This document shows, in pieces, positions 29,801-37,968 of a DNA stretch of 64,000 nt; the first letter of the stretch is position 1, and the number at the start of each line of letters is the position of its first letter. A model generated the notes under the pieces. It worked only from the letters and a program-made list of their open reading frames with translations. It did no database searches and was not told where the DNA came from. Source of the stretch: a virus; the IMG/VR virus record IMGVR_UViG_3300034062_003964, positions 1 to 64,000 of that record. One strand, 5' to 3'. The position numbers and the translations under genes were made by a program.

Positions 29801-29940
29801 AAATCATTTATATTAAATTCGTTAGAGCCAGGTTTTCCATCTTGTGAAAAGGCATTCTCTATCTTATATGGTGGAAGATTTCGCACCAAAAGTTTTTTTC
29901 TAAAATTTTCACTTGAATTAAATGATAGTGGACTCTCCAT
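23836..29940 (-). CDS. Giant tail-tube-initiator/baseplate protein with N-terminal repeats and OmpA-like domain
   Basis: 2034 aa; tube-initiator-like segments (WFPPYDLSF...FLGRTEPIYTYTNSTR; PPICILRVGDFF...PMIASVDISF); OmpA-like YFDNNFP...YNLNLSKRRGDSV...RR; lies directly after the tape measure. Confidence 0.65.
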   Translation of the reverse strand: MESPLSFNSSENFRKKLLVRNLPPYKIENAFSQDGKPGSNEFNINDLVPIDSPSVEQIGNQQEKVLLPINQYGPQTNAKDYGDIVPINNNKNYKSNEGEYGYPDSIGSDLEVIGNNTEKQIIIKNVYRPENGLSDFGSTAWYINNDKVISTIGEGEYTVQDTVGGGLETTANLDRPSLISNNQYGPEIQTNTQVPINNNLQTNPNEGEYGYPDTVNSELENKGETDRPVLFAINQYGPDNLPNTSVVINQNLQTNSNEGEYGYPDTVDSQLEMVGVDERKPNFLQNPWGPEGSQSTEEVDPYRKQKNLIIPQGNYLDETDTYGNELEFVSGVKETQAYLSNKYATGDGEYDPTEFKTLQTVALQLPYANSDNTFIFLPSTYTPYSILLSDNPSGSDGSLTQDSDLANIGAKSLNKEFKHRVALELYQQTLGQINLFSGNVNPETGEISAKPNTDPFNAIGLLTGNVPIIARKYNITTPDFLFGQGINFAAKLAGLYSPYSYIPGEIFDYPDPIGNGPYENPLSLIGGALGSLFSALQPANQSSSELLVEYTSIATRKLLYDQLKYNPYRPNYKIGNNLLAPAGVFYIGDRKNHIIELVSPASELPYAKDGKTSAMGPVLSYSSMGKLYEGDQLDETQFGINTRNFYGAGANKDGVKWIGASIFGGLTWTGSKSPEKDNNPGIGKLVGRGGEQFEDNSEFNFGSLVGFDSSKSTSKSFTPGSILDVTQKLVDAGQRSTKPQEHVGTAINQVSKVFNDGYQELTKGSRVVRYTTPNSKPQGTNTPQGYEYCRVFTKDRPYYTYDELQKRDGNIRGYGNSVLDNTWNLNIAPVDGYSIKDGRVKKYMLSLENLAWRTSNKKGYTYDDLPACEKGPNGGRIMWFPPYDLSFNENISTGWKDNTFLGRTEPIYTYTNSTRKGNVSFKIIVDHPSIMNLLVEKELANVSNNGEITQIIDSFYAGCTKYDLWDLVTKFPMFTPNDIFEAQILTTEDIVTVVEENNFSIIEQEVDINTTTTTTTVVDDCIEYNYNIGASTGATLNYTGCGETNVTITLLTSGKTGSFCSVTKSKPFFQISDTSNTLIPTGKACKKTTTSSSTTDDNETPTTIKEKYKDLAFYFDNNFPDGTSTYDTTVSNDYKYWYDLYIGSKNKYLNDGNGSKYAKALNKIFAYNDSAKVDRTSYVLGSGLTENAKIKYLSDFIDTTKENVEKFFNYIEENYTLLTNFVQDIGKLLDEGRDVSFDLEASASSVNSSANNYNLNLSKRRGDSVLQWLYKQKTPQGKSFNDFKGTKLKITEKYTGNNVEIQDTKYKFVDCNKPFETTKEEGTVSVNAMACRRTKISNILPSENISQTQNPPEETPNTQTNQELSGQDYQVTGQVTETTTTTTTPQQPNVSTDPRVNQPENSTPSSNTPPNTREQEVQTQQLQQRKDITKRLARKLLTECNYFEYIKQTDPMVYDGIKSKIKGFHPAFHSITPEGLNARLVFLQQCMRPGDTIPTVSQSDSGQQSLLYNDVSNSAFGAPPICILRVGDFFHTKVAIDSISLKYDDGKFDLNPEGIGIQPMIASVDISFSFIGAHGLAGPVAKLQNALSFNYYANTEMYDERAEATDNLDLSVYDAQVLSQVRDELNVIDTKAPRPEINNGGVTIGKTLTNVLNIDTTQTTGTIEYKDVMTEFANISKSYFETTTATLSKVNDDFLLGGLQILTKDRKFTEGYFNSLGGNLSNTANIFGYSDSFQTKIENLTTQTKNDVDNGLCPLLAGLNNEPFIDVQIRKIKRQIKIEIDNRAQVIAYELQGYSDQISTNELTLVSLIDKINYVSNSHDGFIKKNNSVIVYNVSGTTEVTQPTTAVDTLQELIQDSYLIKDDLNTYYQKLIDFGLIPTGVYDYSDNFTQDMYLPNNNTTQNETRFFMMFGKPICDDPDSFADIIINEALPNANSEDKGKWKTFFDNKLKSPETGLQSIYLTSKTIVDKNVEDFKTQYFNSTFTNYKPYNIDKQRLMWYESQVPATSPYDRDLTNIYSSRNSSGDKFNLKKKFN
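29147..29657 (-). repeat. Coding tandem repeat (~52-55 aa unit NQYGP...NEGEYGYPD)
   Basis: Exact 28-mer TCAGGATAACCATACTCACCTTCATTTG at 29147, 29303 and 29630, plus degenerate copies (GEGEY, GDGEY); all in frame in the 2034-aa ORF. Confidence 0.9.
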
Positions 29941-29978
29941 TCAGCCTTTTTATGATAAATAGATTGTTTTAGTTTTTT

Positions 29979-31781
29979 TTAGGATAGAACCCCTTGTTGT
30001 TTTTTATATTCATTCATCTTATAAAGGACCGTATCCATTATTTGTTTTTGGACTTGTGGTGAATTAAACATTTTTGTTATTTGTCCCGGGTCTCCACCAA
30101 TAGAGCCAGTCAGATTAATATTTATATCTATTTTACCACCAATACCTCCACCACCACCTTTATTAAGTGCATCTGTTAAATTAGTACCCATAGCAACTTC
30201 ATCCCCAACAATCCCTTCATATAATTTACCTTTAGCTAATAATTGTGGGGCGTCACCAGTTGCGCCATATAATAAATCTTTTGTTTTAATTTTAACTTTA
30301 GCCTCGTTTTCTGACTCCGATTTTTTTGTAGCCTCGTCGGCAATATCTTGAGGGGACTTATTTTCCTTAAAATCTTTGTTTGCATAATAATCTGCAATAT
30401 CTGACACACTTTGGGTAACTGCGTCGGTACTAGTTGTTGCCACTTCACCCGCACCTTTACTTCCTTTTTTAATTTTTTCTTCTAAATCTTTTCTTTCTTG
30501 TGGAGAAAGATTTTTCATTATTGTTTCTTTAATCGTTCTAATATCAATAGCTTGGTTTTCAGCTATAGTAAGTTGGTCTACGGCTAATTGTTTATCATCC
30601 ATTTTCATTTTTTCTTGATACTCAGCAAGAGCTTTGTCTAATTCGGCTTTTTTACCTGTATCTTTCAGAATTTCATCAAGAGTTTTACCTTGTGTGTCAA
30701 ATCCGGGTACATCAACCATAATTTTACCAGAACCTTTTTGTATGGTTGTAAGACCTGCTAATAATCCTTTACTTTCCTCAGAAACCTTTGATAAGTCAAT
30801 CGCATTTTCAATAAATTCTAATTTTGCAGCTTCTCTACCCGCTTCTGCCATTTTTTCAAAATCACCACCAACAATATTAGCCTGTTCACGTAATCTGTAT
30901 AAATCCTGTGTTGACGCCTCAAACTGACCTGTACTTTTATTAAACGCATATGCGGATTTTGTCGATTTAACTAATTCTTCTTGTAACCCTTCCATATTTG
31001 TTTGAGCCATGTGAAGAAGTTGGAATGGGTCTCCTAATTTACCAACAGCCCCACCAAGCATTTGAAAACTTGCTGCAGCTTGCATAGCACCCTCAGGGTC
31101 CAAAACTTTACTTTGTAATGATGCGGCACCAATGTCCTGAATTGATGTTCTTAACATTTGAGCTTGTTTAACCATTTTACTTAAACCTTCTACCCCGTCT
31201 TTAAAACCAAAACCAGATAATTTTTTTAAGTTAGTGTTAACTTCACCAATAAATTTACTAGCATTAAGACCAAGTTTTATAGCCTCCTTTCGCATTTTGT
31301 TCATTTCTTCTAATGCTTCTTGTTGGGTTCCACCATATCTAATCATTTCGGCCACCATTTTTCCAACTGATTCTGCCGTCATCCCCGCCAATTTTGAAAA
31401 CTGAACCATATTTGAAATATTTTCAGTACTACTTCCAACCATTCTACCCATTTCTCCTGACATTCCTTGTATAACATCTAGTGAGTCTTTGAATGTGGCG
31501 CCAATATCTAAATTTGTTTTATATGCTTCGTAAAGTTGTTGATTAAAATTTGCAGAGTTGAAGGCGACTCCCCCCATACTTCTTTGTAAACTCTTTGCAG
31601 AGTTTTCCATTGAAACTATTTGTTGGGAAACATTTTCAAAAACTGTTTTAACGTTTGGTCCAACAAAATTAGTTACCGCATCTTTTAATTGGTTAATTTG
31701 GTCTAATACGTCTCTACCGCCAGTGTATTCTGATGCATTACCAGCTGAGGTGGTATCGGTAGATTGGTCTATAAAAAACAT
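29979..31781 (-). CDS. Tape measure protein
   Basis: 600 aa helical Ala/Gly/Met/Gln-rich protein at the canonical position after tube and chaperone genes and before the tube initiator. Confidence 0.75.
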   Translation of the reverse strand: MFFIDQSTDTTSAGNASEYTGGRDVLDQINQLKDAVTNFVGPNVKTVFENVSQQIVSMENSAKSLQRSMGGVAFNSANFNQQLYEAYKTNLDIGATFKDSLDVIQGMSGEMGRMVGSSTENISNMVQFSKLAGMTAESVGKMVAEMIRYGGTQQEALEEMNKMRKEAIKLGLNASKFIGEVNTNLKKLSGFGFKDGVEGLSKMVKQAQMLRTSIQDIGAASLQSKVLDPEGAMQAAASFQMLGGAVGKLGDPFQLLHMAQTNMEGLQEELVKSTKSAYAFNKSTGQFEASTQDLYRLREQANIVGGDFEKMAEAGREAAKLEFIENAIDLSKVSEESKGLLAGLTTIQKGSGKIMVDVPGFDTQGKTLDEILKDTGKKAELDKALAEYQEKMKMDDKQLAVDQLTIAENQAIDIRTIKETIMKNLSPQERKDLEEKIKKGSKGAGEVATTSTDAVTQSVSDIADYYANKDFKENKSPQDIADEATKKSESENEAKVKIKTKDLLYGATGDAPQLLAKGKLYEGIVGDEVAMGTNLTDALNKGGGGGIGGKIDININLTGSIGGDPGQITKMFNSPQVQKQIMDTVLYKMNEYKKQQGVLS

Positions 31782-31805
31782 AATTTTTTATTTATAAATA
31801 GTTAT

Positions 31806-31976
31806 TTAAGATTTTTTGAATGAATCTAATAACTTTTCAACAAAATATTTCCTTTCAAAAACAGGCATTTTCATTATATCAGAATATGAAAAATTACCAT
31901 ACTTAACTAAAAAGAAAATTTCATCTAAAACAATTTGTTTATATTGTAAAGAAAGGCCGAAAAAATTCAGCCCCAA
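31806..31976 (-). CDS. Tail assembly chaperone C-terminal (gpT / gp51-like) ORF, probably reached by frameshift
   Basis: Not in ORF track. The +1 frame relative to 31939..32697 reads FFGLSLQYKQIVLDEIFFLVKYGNFSYSDIMKMPVFERKYFVEKLLDSFKKS*; the S.SDI..MP..ER..F pattern resembles gp51-like proteins. No 5' ATG, only a TTG at 31976. Confidence 0.7.
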   Translation of the reverse strand: MGLNFFGLSLQYKQIVLDEIFFLVKYGNFSYSDIMKMPVFERKYFVEKLLDSFKKS

Positions 31977-32697
31977 AGGCTAACTCAACGCTTACCTTTT
32001 CTCCTGACGGGGCTATTACTGTTTTTTTAACATCTAATTTAGGTTCACATTCATTAATAAATTTTCTTAATGATTTAGAGTCTGAAATTGGCATTTGATT
32101 AACGAATCTAGATATTTTTTCTCTATCGGTGTCATTTTCTATTGATATGATGTGTTTTTCTATTCTCTTAGTTACTATTGGAACTACCATACCAATAGGG
32201 TATTGTTCATTGATTTTATCTAATTCTCTAGTGTCAGATAATGTTAAAAGTTTTAATTCAACTTTTTTATTTGTTTTAGGTAAAACGTATTCAAAATTTC
32301 CATTTGAATTTTTTTTATGTGCGGAGTATATGTAATTAATTTCATCAAATAAAAGGGTAACTTCAAATCTATCACCTGTTTTAGGGTCGGATAGTGAATA
32401 TGTATAGTCTGAACCAAATGCGGTATTTCTTAAAAATAATAATATCGCCTTTACATCACTATCTATTAATTGACTAATGTCAAAACCCGGCTCATAAATT
32501 TTATTTTTTAATAAATTATATATTAAACCTTCTTTAGCGGTGTTTTGAGAAAGAATTAAATTTTCGTCAGAAGCTGTTAAATAACCAACTTTTAATGATT
32601 CTTTTTTAGGCTTATAAGATTCACCACCACTAGGTAATTTAACTATATCATGTGGAAGATTGAAATCCATTTGTCCGTATTGTGTACTTTGGTCCAT
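31939..32697 (-). CDS. Tail assembly chaperone / baseplate hub assembly protein (T4 gp26-like)
   Basis: VKLPSGG..Y, LTASDENLIL, DVKAILLFLRNTAFG, LPKTNKKV.LKLLT and C-terminal FGAEFFRP; between tube and tape measure. Confidence 0.8.
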   Translation of the reverse strand: MDQSTQYGQMDFNLPHDIVKLPSGGESYKPKKESLKVGYLTASDENLILSQNTAKEGLIYNLLKNKIYEPGFDISQLIDSDVKAILLFLRNTAFGSDYTYSLSDPKTGDRFEVTLLFDEINYIYSAHKKNSNGNFEYVLPKTNKKVELKLLTLSDTRELDKINEQYPIGMVVPIVTKRIEKHIISIENDTDREKISRFVNQMPISDSKSLRKFINECEPKLDVKKTVIAPSGEKVSVELAFGAEFFRPFFTI

Positions 32698-32740
32698 AGT
32701 TTTTTTCTTTAAAAATAACTTGACTTTATCTTATGTAAAT

Positions 32741-32769
32741 AAAAAATCCCACCTAAAATAGATGGGATT
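32741..32769 (-). terminator. Intrinsic terminator after tail tube gene
   Basis: AATCCCACCT-AAAAT-AGATGGGATT imperfect stem with a T-run on the minus strand. Confidence 0.6.
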
Positions 32770-32790
32770 AAATAATATTTTATTTTGTTT

Positions 32791-33279
32791 TTAGTATACC
32801 AAGATACATCTATCAGGTCTCAATGTTGCTTTAACAGTAATCAAACCATCTTCACTATAACCTAATGAGTCAAAATCAACATTTGTTAAGAAACATCCTT
32901 GTAAAATCCATTTCTCAACAGCAACACCAGTTGGGTCTAACATTTCAAGGTCAACATCTTTTTTGTAACCTGCAGCATAACCCATACGTCCTGTTACTGA
33001 TTCAGCATGTAAACGAACCCATTCCATAAGTGCTTGTGATGCAGAAGGACCAATTGGGTCACGGAATGTAACATCTATTGAACCCCATTTAAATTGACCT
33101 GCAACATATGTTTCAGTATTTAAGAACGGAATTGGAACTTCTTTAATTTCAATTTTTGGTCTTGAAGCACTTTCAACATACCAAGAATTAATTCCCAAAG
33201 AAGATGGGAAAGTTATAATAAACCTATTTTTTCTTTTAGGTTCATATTGAAAGGGCATTTTCATTAACAAATCAGCCAT
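32791..33279 (-). CDS. Tail tube protein (T4 gp19-like)
   Basis: YEPKRKNRF, YVAGQFKWGSIDVTFRD, MEWVRL...TGRMGYAAGYKKD, WILQGCF; 162 aa. Confidence 0.9.
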   Translation of the reverse strand: MADLLMKMPFQYEPKRKNRFIITFPSSLGINSWYVESASRPKIEIKEVPIPFLNTETYVAGQFKWGSIDVTFRDPIGPSASQALMEWVRLHAESVTGRMGYAAGYKKDVDLEMLDPTGVAVEKWILQGCFLTNVDFDSLGYSEDGLITVKATLRPDRCILVY

Positions 33280-33387
33280 GTCTATTTATTTTTTTGTTTC
33301 TTTTATTTTTATTATAAATATATCCAACTAAATTTTTTTCTATTTACTTTGTAATATTTAAAAATTATTCTTGCATTATAAGTATTT

Positions 33388-34260
33388 CTAGATTTCCTTT
33401 TTTTCTCCTCCTTTAGTTAAATAAGTTTTTACTAGTTTTTCAGTATCTTCATCATCTAAAAATTCTTTCATCTTATCTATATTTCTAGGGTCATCATCAG
33501 AAAAACCTATATTTGGTAGTATTTCATTGTTTTCTACATCATTTTTGAAAAATGCTTTTTCACCTATTTCTTGAGCCATTTCTTTACAGTAAGATATAAA
33601 CTCCCTCATCGCTTTGATTTTCCCCTCTTCAGGATTAGTCGCAGACCCCTCACCGAAAGACACAGGATAAAATCTACAAAGGTCCAAATACTCACGTAAT
33701 TCTTTTGGTGTCAGAGCCTTTGCTTTGTTTTCACCAGTAACTTCATTACCAATATTTCTATATCTATAAAGGTTTTCAGCTAATGTTCTACTATTAAGAC
33801 CATTCTTATTAGCCATTATTAAATTATAAACACCTTCTTTTAAAGTCTTTGGGTTGTGACCTCTTGCTGTGATGATTGAAAAAATGGAACCTCCATTAAT
33901 ACACTCAACAAAATCATTCCAAGATGGTCCAACAGACGCAACCATTGCATCCAATACGAATCTCTTATCACCTTTAACTCCAAAATTTCTAAATGGGTCT
34001 GGTGCAAAATCTACAACAGTAGTTCCCTTATAACTAAAAGGTTCTTTTCCTATTTGGTGTCTGTGGTCTGCAAAGTCTTCAGTAGACATCGGTACTTCTT
34101 CGTCGTTTTCACTAAGAACTATGATTGATGTCGGCATAAACATTATATTATCATCCCAATCAAATGCATAGTATTTCGTGTCGGGGTTACCTTCTTCATT
34201 AAACCCTTCATTCAATCTTTTGACTCTTATGAAATCTTCTATAACTTTTTTAATTCTCAT
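33388..34260 (-). CDS. HAD-superfamily phosphatase-like protein
   Basis: Motif I YAFDWDDNI, motif II IITARGH, motif III Lys (EEGK), motif IV GFSDDD. Confidence 0.7.
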   Translation of the reverse strand: MRIKKVIEDFIRVKRLNEGFNEEGNPDTKYYAFDWDDNIMFMPTSIIVLSENDEEVPMSTEDFADHRHQIGKEPFSYKGTTVVDFAPDPFRNFGVKGDKRFVLDAMVASVGPSWNDFVECINGGSIFSIITARGHNPKTLKEGVYNLIMANKNGLNSRTLAENLYRYRNIGNEVTGENKAKALTPKELREYLDLCRFYPVSFGEGSATNPEEGKIKAMREFISYCKEMAQEIGEKAFFKNDVENNEILPNIGFSDDDPRNIDKMKEFLDDEDTEKLVKTYLTKGGEKKEI

Positions 34261-34397
34261 TATTTTTTAAGTTTTTCTAAAAGTTTTTCTAATTGTGATT
34301 CTGTAATGATAATATTTTGTTTTTTATCAGCAAAAGTTTGTTTTCCTTTAGTGTTATATCCTAAAGATTCTTTGATTAATTTTTTTTCTATTTTCAT
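34260..34397 (-). CDS. Small basic protein with IIITESQL motif
   Basis: Not in ORF track (45 aa): MKIEKKLIKESLGYNTKGKQTFADKKQNIIITESQLEKLLEKLKK*; its stop overlaps the next ATG (TAATG). Confidence 0.7.
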   Translation of the reverse strand: MKIEKKLIKESLGYNTKGKQTFADKKQNIIITESQLEKLLEKLKK

Positions 34398-34420
34398 AGT
34401 TTTATGTGTTAAATAATTTA

Positions 34421-34442
34421 TGGGGGATATTTCTACCCCCCA
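34421..34442 (-). terminator. Hairpin after tail sheath gene
   Basis: TGGGGGATA-TTTC-TACCCCCCA near-perfect G/C stem just downstream of the sheath stop; weak U tract. Confidence 0.5.
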
Positions 34443-34455
34443 CTCATTTTATTTT

Positions 34456-37400
34456 TTAGATATTGTCAAAAGACGCGCCTGTTGGTGTAATGACAAACTC
34501 GATGTCGATGTATTCTAACGCTCTTGTTGGCTTCAAGAAGATTTTACCTGTCAATGTATTTGAATCTAAATCTTCAGGTGTGTTAGATACTTGAACTCTA
34601 AAGTCAATCAAACCCCTATCTCTTCTAATTTGGTCTAAGATTGGGTTAACTGAATCCAAGAAGTCTTGTCTTACTTTGTTATCGTTTTGTTCGAACAACA
34701 ATCTGATGGCTACCGCTGAAATCAATTTACGTGCTTGTAGTAACAATCTTCTTACGTTGATTCTGTCAAGTGCAGATTCTCTAACTTGCATTGTTTTGTT
34801 ACCCCAAATCACTGTACCCACATCAGAGAAAGTTGCAATTGGGTTGATTCTACCTTTGTATAATACATCTCTATCTTCTTGTGTCAACTTACGTCTTGCT
34901 CTAATAGCATTTACCAAACCTCTTGTGTAACCCGCTGATGCGAACCAAGGGAACGCTATGTTATCAGTTAACGCTAAGTTTCTAACAACTTCTGAAGTTG
35001 CTGGAATATAAATTTGTGTGTTATTAACTGTATCTCTTGTTAAAATCCAAGGATAGTAAGTTGCTGTGTAATTTGAATCTATACCTGTTGTATCTAAATT
35101 ATCTACCGCCTCTTGTGGGTAAATTAAACCTTCAGAGATGTCTTGGTAAGATGGTAAGAACATATTAAAGTCAGGTGTTGTTGCAATGTAAATTGAATCT
35201 GCTCTATCTGTTTCAATCATATCAATAGCATCTTCAACCAAGTTTGAGTTATTAACATAATCAATACCAGGTGTTGCAAATACGTTGATGTTTGTTGATT
35301 CAGGGTTTGCAAAAGTTGATTGACCCCATTTGTATGCGTAGTAGTCAGTATTAGCCCAAGTTTCTTGGTTAGGTCCTGAAATTTGTTTGAACGCCCCCCA
35401 TCCTGTTGCTGTTGGGAATGTTACTGAACTTGCTGCCCCAAATTTAAATCCTGTTTGACCTAATGCGAATGTGTCACTATTAGTTCTATATTCTCTATAG
35501 ATATCCCAACCATCAAATCCACCATATGCTAATAAAGTAAATTTACGTGAAATTAAATTGTAGTATGGATTAGTATTATCACTAGGTTCAGAATTAAATG
35601 ACCCCGCACCTACTTCAAATGCCGATTGACCTGAAGTTACATATGAACTTGATACCGTTACAACAGTAGCTCCGCTATCCATGTGGAATCCTTTAGTTAA
35701 ATAACCCCAAGATGGTCCTGTTGTATCAGTAGCGATATTATTTGGTATTTGTTTTCCTTTATATTGAAAGAAGTCGTAGTCAAAACCTGATATATTAGAT
35801 ATACCTAAGTATGCTCTTCTTTTATTTTCACCACTTGAGATAACTGGGTTATCACCTCCACTCGTCGAACCAAATGGTGGGTTATAGATAACTTCACCTG
35901 CTGTGTAGTATTTAGTTTTGTAAGGTACAAATGGTGGAGTTGCGTTAGCATATTGTCTCATAATGTAACCCTCAAATCCACAAGGTAGTGCGTTTGTAGG
36001 AGCTTCATCACTCATTTCTAACATTATATATTTAGACTTAACTTCATATTCACCGTTAGATGTTCCAATTTTATTAGCAACATAATTATTTTGAGTTGGG
36101 TCCAATGAACAATTTGTAAAACTTTCTAAAACTCTAACATTTTGGTCGTTATCAAAAAAGTCTCTTACAAACACATCAAATGTTCCATTAGCAAATGATA
36201 CATTTCCGATTGAAAGTTTAACGTATGTGTTAGCAGAATTACCGTCAGAAATAAGAACAAATTTAAATAATTTATAAACTGTATTACCTCTTAACTCAGA
36301 TACAACAAAAGGTGTTTCTGGAGTTTGGAATTGTTCTAAATAGAATGCAATTGATTCTGTAGTTGGTGAATATCTAACACCAGGTAAATCAACTAATTCA
36401 CAATATAAACCTCTAATTTGACCTGCTCTATATCCTGTTTGTAAAAGTGCGGGATATGTCTCTTCGATAAATAAAGGAACTTCAGTTCTGTTTTTACCAA
36501 AATTAGTTGCTCCAAATACATTACGTAAATAATTTTTAGATGTCGATAACATAGAAGTTTCAAAAGAGAAATCATTACCGTCATATGTCACACCACTAAT
36601 TTGGAATGTTTCATAAGGGTTTTTAGTTACTGCCGAGTAAGCTCCCGTACAATTCATAGTAACGTCAGTTAAACCTGATACTTGATAGGAAGGTCCTTTT
36701 ATTGTACTACTATATGTAGACACCCCTCTTGACCTTAAAGTTGCAACAACCATATCATCGTATGTTGTGTAAGGTGCCCCTGAATAAGATGTAGTAAAGA
36801 AACTTACTGAACCTGAATATACACCTGTTGATGAACTACCTGATATTGTTGACATAGTTGCCCCCATACCTTGTCCAAAATATGTGTTAACGTCATTTGT
36901 ACCTTGATAGTAATTAAATAACCCATAATACCATGAGTCATTTACTGTTTGAGCACTTAATGATGATGCTGTTGCTCCCGTTATATTTCCAACACCAAAG
37001 TTTTCACTGTAAGATGTTACTACACCAGTACCATTTAATGTTACACCGGTTGTACTAGTAAATGTTGATGCGGTTACTGTCCCCCAGAATACTGAAGTTG
37101 AACCTGAAGTTGCGGCACTTGTAGAGTAAAGATTTATTTGACTGGAAATATAAGTTTGTAAATCTGATGCTATTGTTGAGGTTCCCCCATTAAATTCCGT
37201 GTAAGGTAAATAAAAATTACCATTAACATTAAGTGTTGATGGGACTGACAATAATGTTACGGTTCCTCCTGTATTTCCTGAGAATAATACAGTAACAGGT
37301 CCTGTTGTTCCAGTTACTTGTATAGTTGCGGGGTTAACGTTACCTATTGTTACAATAGACCAAGATGGTCCAGCGTCGTAACCTGATAAACCTAAGACTC

Positions 37401-37683
37401 TTGTCACAAATAATTGATTTGATTGTGATAAGTAAGATTTAGCAATATATGCCAATTCGTATTTTGGAATTTGTGTATTAACAAATTTTTCAGGACTTGT
37501 TCCTCCAAAATAAGTTTGGAACTCGTCAAAATTTGTTATAAAAATAGGTTCAAATGCGGGTCCTTGTAGGGTTTCACCTACTACACCTAAAGTAGTTACA
37601 CCAACACTCTGAGCCACAAACGTTAAGTCTCTTTCTGATGTGTAAACACCTGGAGAAACGAAAACCTTATTAGATGATGCCAT
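34456..37683 (-). CDS. Contractile tail sheath protein
   Basis: FVSPGVYTSERD start, GPAFEP, PWFASAGYTRG, LYKGRINPIATF...IWGNKT, RINVRRLL, KPTRALEYI. Confidence 0.95.
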   Translation of the reverse strand: MASSNKVFVSPGVYTSERDLTFVAQSVGVTTLGVVGETLQGPAFEPIFITNFDEFQTYFGGTSPEKFVNTQIPKYELAYIAKSYLSQSNQLFVTRVLGLSGYDAGPSWSIVTIGNVNPATIQVTGTTGPVTVLFSGNTGGTVTLLSVPSTLNVNGNFYLPYTEFNGGTSTIASDLQTYISSQINLYSTSAATSGSTSVFWGTVTASTFTSTTGVTLNGTGVVTSYSENFGVGNITGATASSLSAQTVNDSWYYGLFNYYQGTNDVNTYFGQGMGATMSTISGSSSTGVYSGSVSFFTTSYSGAPYTTYDDMVVATLRSRGVSTYSSTIKGPSYQVSGLTDVTMNCTGAYSAVTKNPYETFQISGVTYDGNDFSFETSMLSTSKNYLRNVFGATNFGKNRTEVPLFIEETYPALLQTGYRAGQIRGLYCELVDLPGVRYSPTTESIAFYLEQFQTPETPFVVSELRGNTVYKLFKFVLISDGNSANTYVKLSIGNVSFANGTFDVFVRDFFDNDQNVRVLESFTNCSLDPTQNNYVANKIGTSNGEYEVKSKYIMLEMSDEAPTNALPCGFEGYIMRQYANATPPFVPYKTKYYTAGEVIYNPPFGSTSGGDNPVISSGENKRRAYLGISNISGFDYDFFQYKGKQIPNNIATDTTGPSWGYLTKGFHMDSGATVVTVSSSYVTSGQSAFEVGAGSFNSEPSDNTNPYYNLISRKFTLLAYGGFDGWDIYREYRTNSDTFALGQTGFKFGAASSVTFPTATGWGAFKQISGPNQETWANTDYYAYKWGQSTFANPESTNINVFATPGIDYVNNSNLVEDAIDMIETDRADSIYIATTPDFNMFLPSYQDISEGLIYPQEAVDNLDTTGIDSNYTATYYPWILTRDTVNNTQIYIPATSEVVRNLALTDNIAFPWFASAGYTRGLVNAIRARRKLTQEDRDVLYKGRINPIATFSDVGTVIWGNKTMQVRESALDRINVRRLLLQARKLISAVAIRLLFEQNDNKVRQDFLDSVNPILDQIRRDRGLIDFRVQVSNTPEDLDSNTLTGKIFLKPTRALEYIDIEFVITPTGASFDNI

Positions 37684-37806
37684 GTCAATAAAAGTATTTT
37701 AAATTTATTTTTTATATATAAATACATCGCCAAATAACAAAAAACTTTACATTCCTATAATATTTATTAGGGAGTAAGAATAAATTCTGCCTTTTTTCTA
37801 CCTACT

Positions 37807-37968
37807 ATGAAAAAACCTGTTAAGAAAATAAAAAACCTAAAAATTGATTCAGAAATACACAATCAGTTAAAAAAATATTGTGATAAAAACGGTTTAAAAA
37901 TTTACAAGTTTTTAGAAAAGTTAATTATGGAAAATTGTAAAGAAACAAAAGATATCTACGGAGAGTAG
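37807..37968 (+). CDS. Ribbon-helix-helix (CopG/Arc-like) DNA-binding protein
   Basis: Not in ORF track (53 aa): MKKPVKKIKNLKIDSEIHNQLKKYCDKNGLKIYKFLEKLIMENCKETKDIYGE*; beta-strand KNLKID, helix, G turn, helix. Confidence 0.7.
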   Translation: MKKPVKKIKNLKIDSEIHNQLKKYCDKNGLKIYKFLEKLIMENCKETKDIYGE

